Assembly: GCA_046712825.1 (NCBI GenBank)
Contig: JBKKCR010000096.1
Coordinates: forward strand, 590 to 64,589
From: Actinomycetota bacterium
GTDB taxonomy: Bacteria; Actinomycetota; AC-67
Length of the DNA stretch: 64,000 bases
Direction: 5' to 3'
Every line of letters starts with the position of its first letter. Within the stretch, counting starts at the first letter, position 1. The notes beneath the pieces are model-generated. The model made no database searches, was not told the DNA's origin, and was given only the letters and a program-made list of their open reading frames with translations. Below, one piece after another: positions 54,350 to 63,180 of the stretch. Both the position numbers and the translations under genes were made by a program.

Positions 54350-56251
54350 ATGCATGGGCGTATCCGGGTCGTGCTCCTTGTCGGCAGCATCGTCGCGGCG
54401 GGTCTCGGCGTCGCAGCGGCGGCGCCATCGCCCGTCCACCCGCTCCCGCACCCCCTTCCCGAGCCCGGCTTTCTCGAGCCCGTCCCGGCAGGCGAGTGCA
54501 CGTCCACGAACGAGTACGAGTCCAAGCTATGGTCCGGCTACGGGGACAAGTGCAAGCGGCTCCACTTCGTCTTCGGCCCGATCATCGCGAAGCCCGGCCA
54601 GAACGACGTCCTCATCGAGCCGGTCACCATCCAGAAGCCGGCCTACGACGGATACATCGTGCGGTTCCGGCCCGACCTGGTGGACGTGACCGGGCAGCCC
54701 CCGCCGATCGAGGAGATCCACCTCCACCATGCCACTTGGCTGAACGTCTATCCGCAATACGGCAGCGGCCCCTTCTTCGCCGCCGGTGAGGAGAAGACGA
54801 TCGCCACCTTCCCGCCGGGCTACGGCATGCACGTCGGCGCGACCGACACGTGGCTGCTGCTCTACATGGTGCACAACGCGATCCAGTCGCCGCGGCCGGT
54901 CTGGATCACCTACGACGTCGACTTCGTTGCCGAGGAGGACGCCGAGGCGCTCGGAATCGTTCCGGTGAAGCCGGTCTGGCTGGACGTGCAGCAGAAGCCG
55001 ATCGCCCCCGGTGCGACGGATACGGGCGGCAACCCGGTGTTCAACGTTCAGCGCGGGTTCGGCGCCACCGACTCGGCGCTCTTCGGCGATCCGGCCATCG
55101 GTGCGGGTACCGGACGGAACGTGTGCTCGTGGCCCGAACAGAACTGCGCGCGCCATGACGTCTACGGCAATGTGACGCCGCAACAAGGCGTGCCGATCAC
55201 GGTCCCCGGTGCCGACTGGACGGTGGGGGAAGGCTTCGAAGGCACGTTGATCGGGATCGGCGGGCACCTGCATCCCGGTGGGATCCGCGACGAGGTGAGC
55301 CTCGTCCGGAACGGCGTCGAGAAACCGATCTTCTTCTCTGAGGCCGTCCCGTGGGAGCACAACGACATCAACGGCAACGGGAAGATCGACGCAGGCGTCT
55401 ACGACGAGCTGGACTCGTGGGACTTCTCGATGACGGTGACCGGCTCGACGCTGGGATGGAAGGTCAAGATCAAGGAAGGCGACGTCCTCCGGCTCAACGC
55501 GATCTACGACTCCCAGAACGCCTCGTGGTACGAGAACATGGGGATCGTCGTCGCGATGGTCGCCCCCGCGGAGACGGAGCGGGAAGATGCGCTTCACAAC
55601 GGACCAGGCGTCGACGTCTTCGACGACAACGTGATCCTGGATCAGGGACTGCCGGTGATGGCGACGGAGGCTCCAGGATGGCCGACGCCGTCGTGCGCGC
55701 CCGACGCGGTGAGCGCGACGAAGCGGCTCTGCCTGCGCGGTCAGGTGACGCACGGGCACATGGAGGAGGCCAGCCACCATGGCGGCGCCGCAGGACCGGC
55801 CCTCCCGGAGGCGCCCGGGCCGATGGTCGACCAGCTCGTTTCAGTCGGGTTCACGTACGGGCAGGCGGACCTCGGTCTCGCGGGAACCATGGGCGTCCCG
55901 CAGCTGAAGCTCGGGAAGTCGGCGCGTTTCTGGAACCTCGATTCGCCGCTCGATATCTGGCACACCTGGACCCGCTGCAAGGAACCGTGCACCGGCGGTA
56001 CGGGGATCTCGTATCCGCTCGCGAACGGCGGAACCGGGCTGAGCGACACGATGGACTTCGATTCGACCGAGATCGGCTACGGCCTGTTCTTTTCTCCGGC
56101 GAGCGGCCAGCTGGGCGGCCCGAACAAGTCGACGGGCGAGGCGCTGCAGGATGGGCTCTTCTGGGACTTCACGCCATCCCAGACCGGCACGTTCTCGCTG
56201 TTCTGCCGGATCCATCCGTTCATGCGCGGCGTGTTCCAAGTCGTGGAGTAA
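54350..56251 (+). CDS. Secreted His-rich 633-aa protein with C-terminal cupredoxin-like (type-1 Cu) domain
   Basis: Start re-assigned inside ORF 53804..56251 to MHGRIRVVLLVGSIVAAGLGVAAAAPSP (signal peptide; the upstream part is antisense to the GT4). His clusters EIHLHHATW, GGHLHPGG; C-terminus ...NLDSPLDIWH...FSLFCRIHPFMRGVFQVV (H...C-x-x-H-x-x-M). Confidence 0.55.
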   Translation: MHGRIRVVLLVGSIVAAGLGVAAAAPSPVHPLPHPLPEPGFLEPVPAGECTSTNEYESKLWSGYGDKCKRLHFVFGPIIAKPGQNDVLIEPVTIQKPAYDGYIVRFRPDLVDVTGQPPPIEEIHLHHATWLNVYPQYGSGPFFAAGEEKTIATFPPGYGMHVGATDTWLLLYMVHNAIQSPRPVWITYDVDFVAEEDAEALGIVPVKPVWLDVQQKPIAPGATDTGGNPVFNVQRGFGATDSALFGDPAIGAGTGRNVCSWPEQNCARHDVYGNVTPQQGVPITVPGADWTVGEGFEGTLIGIGGHLHPGGIRDEVSLVRNGVEKPIFFSEAVPWEHNDINGNGKIDAGVYDELDSWDFSMTVTGSTLGWKVKIKEGDVLRLNAIYDSQNASWYENMGIVVAMVAPAETEREDALHNGPGVDVFDDNVILDQGLPVMATEAPGWPTPSCAPDAVSATKRLCLRGQVTHGHMEEASHHGGAAGPALPEAPGPMVDQLVSVGFTYGQADLGLAGTMGVPQLKLGKSARFWNLDSPLDIWHTWTRCKEPCTGGTGISYPLANGGTGLSDTMDFDSTEIGYGLFFSPASGQLGGPNKSTGEALQDGLFWDFTPSQTGTFSLFCRIHPFMRGVFQVVE

Positions 56252-56263
56252 GGAGGATCGTCG

Positions 56264-56629
56264 ATGAGATCTCGCACCGACAAGCGTCGTGGTTCCGTGT
56301 TGATCGCGCTCGTCGCGGTGGTCGCCGTGCTGGCGATGCTGACGCCGGCGAGCGCCGCACCGTCGTTCGTGGTCGCCGGGCCCGGCAACGCCGCCTCGCC
56401 CGTCTACTACACGCCGTTCGTCGTTCTGCAGAAGGGTCAGCCGCTCAACTTCGTCAACCTCGATATCGCGCCTCACGATGTTCGCTCGACGAGCGGCCTG
56501 TTCTTCTCTGCCTTGATCACCATCGGCAAGAAGACGGCGGTCAATGGCGTCCAGAACCTGGCGAAGGGTTCCTACAAGTTCTACTGCTCGCTCCACCCGA
56601 TCATGAAAGGCACGCTCCGGGTCATCTGA
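56264..56629 (+). CDS. Small secreted cupredoxin (plastocyanin/amicyanin-like blue copper protein)
   Basis: Signal peptide; NFVNLDIAPHDV (His ligand) ... YKFYCSLHPIMKGTLRV (Cys-His-Met ligands). Confidence 0.7.
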   Translation: MRSRTDKRRGSVLIALVAVVAVLAMLTPASAAPSFVVAGPGNAASPVYYTPFVVLQKGQPLNFVNLDIAPHDVRSTSGLFFSALITIGKKTAVNGVQNLAKGSYKFYCSLHPIMKGTLRVI

Positions 56630-56651
56630 CGTCTCGACGCGAGGACGAGTC

Positions 56652-58418
56652 ATGCTCAACTGGAAACGCTCCTGGCCGGAACTGTCCGAGGATCTGCCGT
56701 TGGATGTAACGCCGTATTCGAACGGTGAGTTCATCCCACCGCCGCCGACCGAGAAGCAGAAGCTCATCATGCGGCTCGCGAACGAAGAGTCCGAGCGGCT
56801 GCGCCGCAAGATGGGGATGTCCCGTCGCCAGTTCGTGCGCACCGCCGCTGCGTACACCGTGGGCCTATGGGCGATCAATCAGGTCGGATTGCGGTTCGGA
56901 AGCGACGCCGGCGCCGACAACACCGAGACGACCGCTCCGTGCGACCTCGAGTGGGAGGGCGCGAGCGGCGTCGCAACGCTCGGCAACATGCCCGGCGAGT
57001 TCATCTTCGACATCCAAAGTCACCACATCGACGCCAACGGCCTCTGGCGGGTGAAGAACCCGGCGTTCGAGGTGTTCTTCGCGGCCGCGTGGTCGCAGGC
57101 CGGCCCGACCGGCGGCTGGCCGGGCGTTCGTCCGGACGGGACGATCCGCGGGTTCGGCGCCGGGGAGCTCGACCCGATCGCCAATCTGTCCCGCTACCAC
57201 TACGTCAAGGAGATGTACCTCGACAGCGCGACGAACATGTGCGTGCTCTCGGCCGTGCCGTCTTCGCCTGAGAATCAGCCGTTGCCGATCATGGAAGCCG
57301 CGGAGACCGTGGCGATGGTCAACGAGATGGCCGGCGGCACCCAGCGCGCCGTCATGCACGCGTTCGTGATGCCCAACCGCGGCGCGTACGGCACCAATCA
57401 GGCTCCCGTCGGTCCGAAGCCGCTGTACATGCAGGAGGAGTTCGACGCGATGGAGGAGATCGCCGGCCTCTACGGGCCCGGCGGCTCGAACATCCTCCGC
57501 GGCTGGAAGACGTACTGCCCGTGGGGCGACGTTCCGAACGCGACCGGATGGATGTTCGACGACCGGGTCGGCGAGGCGTTCATCGCGCAGGTTCGTCACG
57601 TCGGCGACACGCTCGGCGCACCCAAGGTCATCGCGACGCACAAGGGGTTCGCGCTTCCGGGCTTCGACCAGCGCGCCGCCTCTCCCCGCGACATCGGTCC
57701 GGCCGCGAAGCAGAATCCCGATATCGCTTTCATCGTGTACCACTCGGGCTACGACATCGGGGACTCGCAAGGCCCGTATCCGACGCCGAACTTCGTGACG
57801 CGGCAGGGACGCGGCATCGATTCGCTGATCAAGAGCCTCATCGACGCGGGGCACGACGCGGCCGTCTACGTTCCGGCCGGCAAGACCTTCGGCAACGTCC
57901 CGAACGTCTATGCCGAGCTCGGCTCGGTGTGGTCGGGCGTGATGTCGGATCAGTTCGAGGCTGCGCATCTGCTCGGCAAGCTCATCAAGTACGTCGGCCC
58001 GAAGCGCGTCGTATGGGGAACCGACAGCATCTGGGGCGGATCGCCTCAAGGCATGATCGCCCGTCTCCGCGAGTTCCCGCGCGCCAACGAGACACAGGCG
58101 CTCGAGATCTTCAACAGCTACGGGATGCCGTGGGCGCTGGAAGGCGACGTCGAGGACCCGACGGTCAAGGCTCCGACCCCGGAACGGACGATCCGCAACG
58201 CGATCCTCGGGCGCAACGCCGCGGTGCCGTATGGGATCGACCCGGACGCACAGCGCAACGCGATCAACTGTGATGACCTTCATCGCACTCGGGACGACTA
58301 CATAGTCGACGTCGGCACGATGCAGGAATCGGCTCCGATGCGTTCGAACGTCGTCTACGGCTACCGGAGCCGTCGCGAGCTGTTCCGCGACCTGGCCTCG
58401 AAGCCCTGGGCACCGTAG
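56652..58418 (+). CDS. Tat-exported metal-dependent hydrolase, Amidohydro_2 (TIM-barrel) family
   Basis: Twin-arginine motif MSRRQFVRTAAAYTVGLWA (the true start may be ATG ~56811); ...VYHSGYD..., VVWGTDSIWGG. Confidence 0.6.
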   Translation: MLNWKRSWPELSEDLPLDVTPYSNGEFIPPPPTEKQKLIMRLANEESERLRRKMGMSRRQFVRTAAAYTVGLWAINQVGLRFGSDAGADNTETTAPCDLEWEGASGVATLGNMPGEFIFDIQSHHIDANGLWRVKNPAFEVFFAAAWSQAGPTGGWPGVRPDGTIRGFGAGELDPIANLSRYHYVKEMYLDSATNMCVLSAVPSSPENQPLPIMEAAETVAMVNEMAGGTQRAVMHAFVMPNRGAYGTNQAPVGPKPLYMQEEFDAMEEIAGLYGPGGSNILRGWKTYCPWGDVPNATGWMFDDRVGEAFIAQVRHVGDTLGAPKVIATHKGFALPGFDQRAASPRDIGPAAKQNPDIAFIVYHSGYDIGDSQGPYPTPNFVTRQGRGIDSLIKSLIDAGHDAAVYVPAGKTFGNVPNVYAELGSVWSGVMSDQFEAAHLLGKLIKYVGPKRVVWGTDSIWGGSPQGMIARLREFPRANETQALEIFNSYGMPWALEGDVEDPTVKAPTPERTIRNAILGRNAAVPYGIDPDAQRNAINCDDLHRTRDDYIVDVGTMQESAPMRSNVVYGYRSRRELFRDLASKPWAP

Positions 58419-58422
58419 CGCG

Positions 58423-60348
58423 ATGACGAGGCGCATGGTCTTCCGTGCGGCGCTTCTCGCCGTCGCTCTAGCGGCCGTCGTCGTTGCGCCTGGTGCCGGA
58501 GTTGCGGCCGCGACCTGTGCTCCCACGACGACCTCGACGGGCGACCCATGGCCCGGCGGTGAGTGGCGATGGTATGGCCACGATTACTCGAACTCACGGA
58601 GTCAGCCCGAGGAGACCGTGATCGGAGCGGACAACGTCCGTGATCTCGGTCCCGCCTGGGTCTTCTCCACGTCCAACGCCGTCGCCGACGGCGGCGGGTT
58701 CAGCAACACGCCGGTCGTCGCCGACGGATGCGTCTACCTGGCTTCGAACACCGGCTGGGTCTTCTCGCTCAACGCCGACACGGGCGAGCTGCTTTGGAGC
58801 ACGAAGCTCACGGGCGAAGGGCAGACGCTCGTTGGTGGTGTCATCGTTGGCTCGCCGACCGTCGTCAACGGGCTCGTGTTCTTGGGCGTGAGTCAGCCCG
58901 GCGCCCCCTACGTCGCCGCGCTAGACCAGGCGACGGGGGAAGTCCTTTGGACCACCGTCGTCGAGACCGGCCAGCCGAGCTCGTTCATCAACGCCGGACC
59001 GTTGTACTTCGACGGCATGATCCTTCAGGGCTTCGCGGGCTTCGAAGGGAACACGGAGGTCTCGCGCGGCGGGTTCGCCGTCGTCGATGCCGGGCGCGAG
59101 TGCGAATCGAGTTCGGTCACCGTCTGCACCGACTCGATCGCCGGCGCGCTCGGCGGTCGGGTCCTCGCCCATCAGCACACGATCCCCGACGACCTCTACG
59201 CTGAGGGGTTCCGGGGCGCTTCGTTCTGGTGCACGCCGTCGCTCGACGTCGAATCCCGCTACGCCTTCGGCTGCGGCGGGAACCCGCACAGCGAGGGCAT
59301 GGAGGCTCCGCACGCGAACTCTTTGTTCAAGATCGACCTCGATCGGAACCGGCCGACCTTCGGGACGATCGTCGACCACTACAAGGGCAACGTCGATCAG
59401 TACTACCCGGGCATCGATAAGCAGCCGGTATGCGAGAACTTCCGCGACGAGACGACCGTGGTCGTGTGGAGCCTCGGGTGCTTCATGCTCGACCTCGACT
59501 TCGGGGGGTCGCCGAACCTGTTCCGCAACGCGGCGGGTCGCCTGGTGATCGGCGATCTGCAGAAGTCGGGTGTGTACCACGCCGCCTACGCGGACGATAT
59601 GACCGCCGCGTGGAAAGCGATCGTCGGCGTGCCGTGCTTCAGCTGTAACGGGACGTCGGGGGCGTTCGACGGCGAGGGCATCTACACGGTGGGCACACCC
59701 CCGAGCCAGCTCGTCGGTCTCGATCGCGAAGGTGGCGCGGCTCCGTACAAGTGGGTGACGCCGATCCTCGACCTCATCCACTATCAGTCGGTGACCGTCG
59801 CGAACGGTGTCGTCTACGTCATGGACAACCTCGGCTCGCTCAACGCGGTCGACGCCCGCACCGGCGTGCCGCTCCTCAAGCGGCCGCTTACGCTCGACGC
59901 CGAGGGGGAGATCGCGACGGATGCGGGGAGCAGCGCGGGCGTTTCCGTGGCTCGCAACACGGTGTACGCGGCGGCGAGCGAGTTCGTCGTCGCCTACAAG
60001 GTCGGCGGTGAAGGCGGCGGCCCCAGTCTTCCCGGCCTGCCTTCGCTGCCCGGCATCGGCGGCGGGGTCCCGGTCGTCGCCGGCCCCGGCGCAGCAGCCG
60101 CGACGTATCTCACGCCCGTTTCGCTCGTGCAGGCCGACGCTCCGTCGCTGTCGTTCCTGAACCTCGATATCGCACAGCACGACGTGGATCACAAGCCTGC
60201 GGCCGGCCAGCCGAAGCTGTTCGACAGCCCGCTCATCGGGACCGGTCAGACGGCCCAGGTCACGTTTACCGGCCCGCTCGAGGCGGGAACCTACGACTTT
60301 TACTGCTCGATACACCCCAATATGTTCGGGAAGCTGATCGCGACATAG
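58423..60348 (+). CDS. Secreted PQQ-dehydrogenase-like 8-bladed beta-propeller fused to a C-terminal cupredoxin domain
   Basis: Signal peptide; WRWYGHDYSNSRSQPEETVIGADNVRDLGPAWVFST (quinoprotein-ADH N-terminal signature); PQQ-type repeats (NADTGELLWST, ALDQATGEVLWTT, AVDARTGVPLL); C-terminus FLNLDIAQHDV...YDFYCSIHPNMFGKLIA. Confidence 0.65.
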   Translation: MTRRMVFRAALLAVALAAVVVAPGAGVAAATCAPTTTSTGDPWPGGEWRWYGHDYSNSRSQPEETVIGADNVRDLGPAWVFSTSNAVADGGGFSNTPVVADGCVYLASNTGWVFSLNADTGELLWSTKLTGEGQTLVGGVIVGSPTVVNGLVFLGVSQPGAPYVAALDQATGEVLWTTVVETGQPSSFINAGPLYFDGMILQGFAGFEGNTEVSRGGFAVVDAGRECESSSVTVCTDSIAGALGGRVLAHQHTIPDDLYAEGFRGASFWCTPSLDVESRYAFGCGGNPHSEGMEAPHANSLFKIDLDRNRPTFGTIVDHYKGNVDQYYPGIDKQPVCENFRDETTVVVWSLGCFMLDLDFGGSPNLFRNAAGRLVIGDLQKSGVYHAAYADDMTAAWKAIVGVPCFSCNGTSGAFDGEGIYTVGTPPSQLVGLDREGGAAPYKWVTPILDLIHYQSVTVANGVVYVMDNLGSLNAVDARTGVPLLKRPLTLDAEGEIATDAGSSAGVSVARNTVYAAASEFVVAYKVGGEGGGPSLPGLPSLPGIGGGVPVVAGPGAAAATYLTPVSLVQADAPSLSFLNLDIAQHDVDHKPAAGQPKLFDSPLIGTGQTAQVTFTGPLEAGTYDFYCSIHPNMFGKLIAT

Positions 60349-60594
60349 ACTCGGACGGCTCCATGGCAAGGCCTCGAGGGATCCGGACGAGCCGGGCCGC
60401 CTCGGCTCTCTTCTCGCCGGTCCTCGCGCTGACGACGTTCACGTCGCGTCGACGGTGCTGGCGGCCGCCGCGGTTCGCAGATGAGCGCCAGGAAACGCAT
60501 GCCTCTCTTTTTTCTGGCGGACCGAGCCCCACGCGTCCCTTCGTGAGTCGCGAGAACGACCTGCGGTTAGCGGATCACCCCGCGAGGGTAAGGA

Positions 60595-60861
60595 ATGGCG
60601 GACGAAAGGAGGCGAGCCGTGGGCATCGGAGCCAGCATCTTCTTGTTTGCCGTCGGTGCGATCCTGGCGTTCGCTGTTGAGGCGAACACGCGAGGGATCG
60701 ACCTCAACGCGGTTGGAGTCATTCTCATGGTCGTCGGAGCGATCGGGCTTTTGATCTCAATGATGCTGTTGAGCAGCTGGTCGCCGTGGTACCGGCGTCG
60801 CGACGAGACCATCATCACCGAAGACGTGCACGAGCCCCGCGCCGTGCACCATCACCACTAA
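60595..60861 (+). CDS. Small 2-TM membrane protein (DUF6458-like), His-rich C-terminus
   Basis: GIGASIFLFAVGAILAFAV...GIDLNAVGVILMVVGAIGLLISMML; the likely real start is GTG 60622, 8 nt after AAAGGAGG. Confidence 0.55.
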   Translation: MADERRRAVGIGASIFLFAVGAILAFAVEANTRGIDLNAVGVILMVVGAIGLLISMMLLSSWSPWYRRRDETIITEDVHEPRAVHHHH

Positions 60862-60867
60862 GCCGCT

Positions 60868-60905
60868 CAGACCGGCACCGGGCCAGACGCTCCGGTGCCG
60901 GTCTG
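60868..60905. terminator. Perfect 14-bp inverted repeat (cagaccggcaccgg / ccggtgccggtctg, 10-nt loop) 7 nt after the stop codon
   Basis: Read directly from the sequence. Confidence 0.5.
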
Positions 60906-60908
60906 TGA

Positions 60909-61148
60909 CGGTCCCAAAGGAACGTACCCGGCGAGCTCTCGGTCGAACTGCCGCTTCCACGCCATTTCGAGCAAGCCTCGGAGCTTCTGTCCGAGGACGA
61001 TGTATGCAAGGAGCTCACGTGCGGGCCGGATCCCGACCGCCACCACGAAGCCATCCGCACCTACACCGAGGCGGGGTACGACCACGTCTACGTCCATCAG
61101 ATCGGGCCGGATCAGCGCGGATTCTTCGAGTTCTACGAGGAAGAGATC
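60909..61148 (+). pseudogene. C-terminal ~75-codon remnant of an F420-dependent LLM-family oxidoreductase (Fgd-like)
   Basis: Frame with no start codon: ...HFEQASELLSEDDVCKELTCGPDPDRHHEAIRTYTEAGYDHVYVHQIGPDQRGFFEFYEEEILPRF (compare the Fgd/LLM C-terminal ...GPDQ..F..FY...VLP motif); strong GC3 bias; begins right at the hairpin. Confidence 0.45.
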
Positions 61149-61164
61149 TTGCCGCGTTTCGGGA

Positions 61165-62331
61165 CTAGGCTGCGCGCCGGCGCGACTTCCGCTTGGCCGC
61201 CTTCAAGCTCCTGTGAAGCGCATCCCCGACGGAAGGCATGGATTCCGGGAGGCCCTTCAAGAACGCAAGAAGGGTCGCCTCGTCCGGGCGAAGCCGGTCG
61301 TCTGGCTCCGAGCCGTTCTTCCTCGCCCGTCGGCGAGGCAACGTAACGAGTGAGCCGTCGAGGTAGGCGTCGACGATCGCGGGATGCACGTAGCACGCGC
61401 GGCACACCGCGACCGTGTTCCCGAGGGTCGACGCGACCGTCTCGATGGCGGCAAGGATATTGCTCTTGGTCTCGCGGTCCGACGTCGCCGGCGCCGCGTC
61501 TCGCAGCGCCCGCAACGCGAGCACCGTTCCGGCCCAGGTGCGGAAGTCTTTCGCAGTGAAGTCCTCGTCGGTCGACGCCCGCAGGTAGGCATTCACGTCC
61601 TCGGAGTCGATCGGCTTCCTCTCGCCCGACTCGTCGAGGTACTGGAAAAGGTGCTGGCCGGGGATCTCCTGACACCGCTTGACGATGCGCGCGACTCGTT
61701 GATCGCGGAGGTCGACCGTGTGCATCTTGCCGCTCTTGCCGCGGAACTCGAACCGGATCGTCGAGCCCGACACGTCCACGTGGCGGCCTCGCATCGTCGT
61801 CAACCCGAACGACCCGTTGTCCTTGGCATAGCGCGTGTTGCCGACACGGATATACGTGAGGTCGATCAGGCGCACGACGGTCGCAAGAACCTTTTCGCGC
61901 GGGAGCCCCGGCAAGCTCATGTCCTCACGGACGTGCTTGCGGATCGCCGGCAAGGCTTCACCGAATGCCGCTAGGCGGTTGTACTTCGTCTGATCGCGGG
62001 TCTGTCGCCAAGCCCGGTGGTAGCGGTATTGCTTGCGGCCGCGCGCGTCCCGGCCCGTCGCCTGGATGTGTCCGCGGGGCGAAGGGCAGATCCAGATGTC
62101 GATCCACGCGGGCGGCACGGCCAGCGCCTTGATGCGGTGAAGGTCCGCCTTGTCGCGGATGGGCTTCCCGTCGGGGCCGATGTAGGAGAAGCCGCGGCCG
62201 GAGCGTTTCCGACGGATCCCCGGGGCCTCGTCGACGACGTAGATCAGCCCGGCATCGTGTGCGGCTTCGACGGCCGGATCCTCGACCGGCGCGCGCACGG
62301 TCCTTTGAGTACGATTCGTCTTCTTCGTCAT
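61165..62331 (-). CDS. DNA topoisomerase IB (poxvirus/bacterial TopIB type)
   Basis: ...RVGNTRYAKDNGSFGLTTMRGRHVDVSGSTIRFEFRGKSGK... matches the TopIB N-terminal and catalytic-domain pattern; ~388 aa with a basic C-terminal tail. Confidence 0.7.
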   Translation of the reverse strand: MTKKTNRTQRTVRAPVEDPAVEAAHDAGLIYVVDEAPGIRRKRSGRGFSYIGPDGKPIRDKADLHRIKALAVPPAWIDIWICPSPRGHIQATGRDARGRKQYRYHRAWRQTRDQTKYNRLAAFGEALPAIRKHVREDMSLPGLPREKVLATVVRLIDLTYIRVGNTRYAKDNGSFGLTTMRGRHVDVSGSTIRFEFRGKSGKMHTVDLRDQRVARIVKRCQEIPGQHLFQYLDESGERKPIDSEDVNAYLRASTDEDFTAKDFRTWAGTVLALRALRDAAPATSDRETKSNILAAIETVASTLGNTVAVCRACYVHPAIVDAYLDGSLVTLPRRRARKNGSEPDDRLRPDEATLLAFLKGLPESMPSVGDALHRSLKAAKRKSRRRAA

Positions 62332-62465
62332 GGTCGCTTCTCCGGGATGAGGCTCGGGTTCCTTTCCCAGCCGGGGCTTTTCCCAAGCGTTCGCACTCTG
62401 CGCGTTTGATCGTGACCGGATCGCGGTAGGTATCCGGAATCGTTCTTCGGCCGGGGGAGGACCTC

Positions 62466-62801
62466 GTGGACGGCGCGTTCCACACGAAGCTCGAGCACGA
62501 CGATCTTGCTTGGACCCTTGTCTGCGGCGGCGAGCTCGATCTCGCGACCGCGATGCGACTCGAGGAGGCGTTCGACCTCTGCGAGCAGATGCGCCCCCGA
62601 TCCATCCACATAGACGCTCGCGATGTGTCCTTCATCGATAGCGCTGGGATCACCGCGCTGATCCGGTGTGCTCACCGGTGCAACGAAGAAGGGATCGGCT
62701 TCAGCTTGGAGCCCAGCCAACAGGTGAGAGCCATCCTGCACGAGGCGGGGATCGCGGAGCGTCTTCTGCTGGGGCGGCCCACAGCGCCGGCTCCCGCCTA
62801 G
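62466..62801 (+). CDS. STAS-domain protein (anti-sigma-factor antagonist-like)
   Basis: LVCGGELDLATAMRLEEAF...IHIDARDVSFIDSAGITALIR; GTG start. Confidence 0.6.
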   Translation: MDGAFHTKLEHDDLAWTLVCGGELDLATAMRLEEAFDLCEQMRPRSIHIDARDVSFIDSAGITALIRCAHRCNEEGIGFSLEPSQQVRAILHEAGIAERLLLGRPTAPAPA

Positions 62802-62833
62802 GCCGGATCCAGCGACGAACCGACGTCCACGGC

Positions 62834-63180
62834 GTGAGCTGTCGGACGTCGATCCGGCGGCGTTCACGATCCGCACCGTCCCCGAACGATTCGCCTCGAT
62901 CGGCGATCCCCTCGCCGGCATCGACGACCACGCATACTGGCTGGATGCTCTGCTCGAGCTGGCGGACCGTCAGGAGAGCGCCGGTGCCGAGGACGCCCCC
63001 TGGCCACCGCAGTTCCCCAAGGCTGAAGGGGAACCCAGGCGGGTCGCGCCGTCGCGAGCGAAAGATATGCGAAACAATCAGGCTGCGGAGGTTGGCGCCG
63101 AGAAGAAGGCTCCGGTCAAGAAGGCTTCGATGAAGAAGGCGTCCGCAGGGACGACGAAGTCGAAGAGGAAGGCCATATGA
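62834..63180 (+). pseudogene. Ku-protein C-terminal remnant (no start codon, N-terminal core absent) ending in a Lys-rich tail
   Basis: Frame open from 62728 (the 5' part overlaps the STAS gene): ...DVDPAAFTIRTVPERFASIGDPLAGIDDHAYWLDALLELADRQESAGAED... resembles the mycobacterial Ku C-terminus (DRYHDTYQEQLQELIDTKLEGG...AED); tail KKAPVKKASMKKASAGTTKSKRKAI; strong GC3 bias; stop overlaps the ligase start (ATGA). Confidence 0.4.

Noticed and set aside
60895-61353. Plus ORFs 60895..61353 and 60905..61168
   Set aside because: Arg/Ser-rich off-frames; the third frame, which lacks any start codon, carries the Fgd-like homology and the codon bias.
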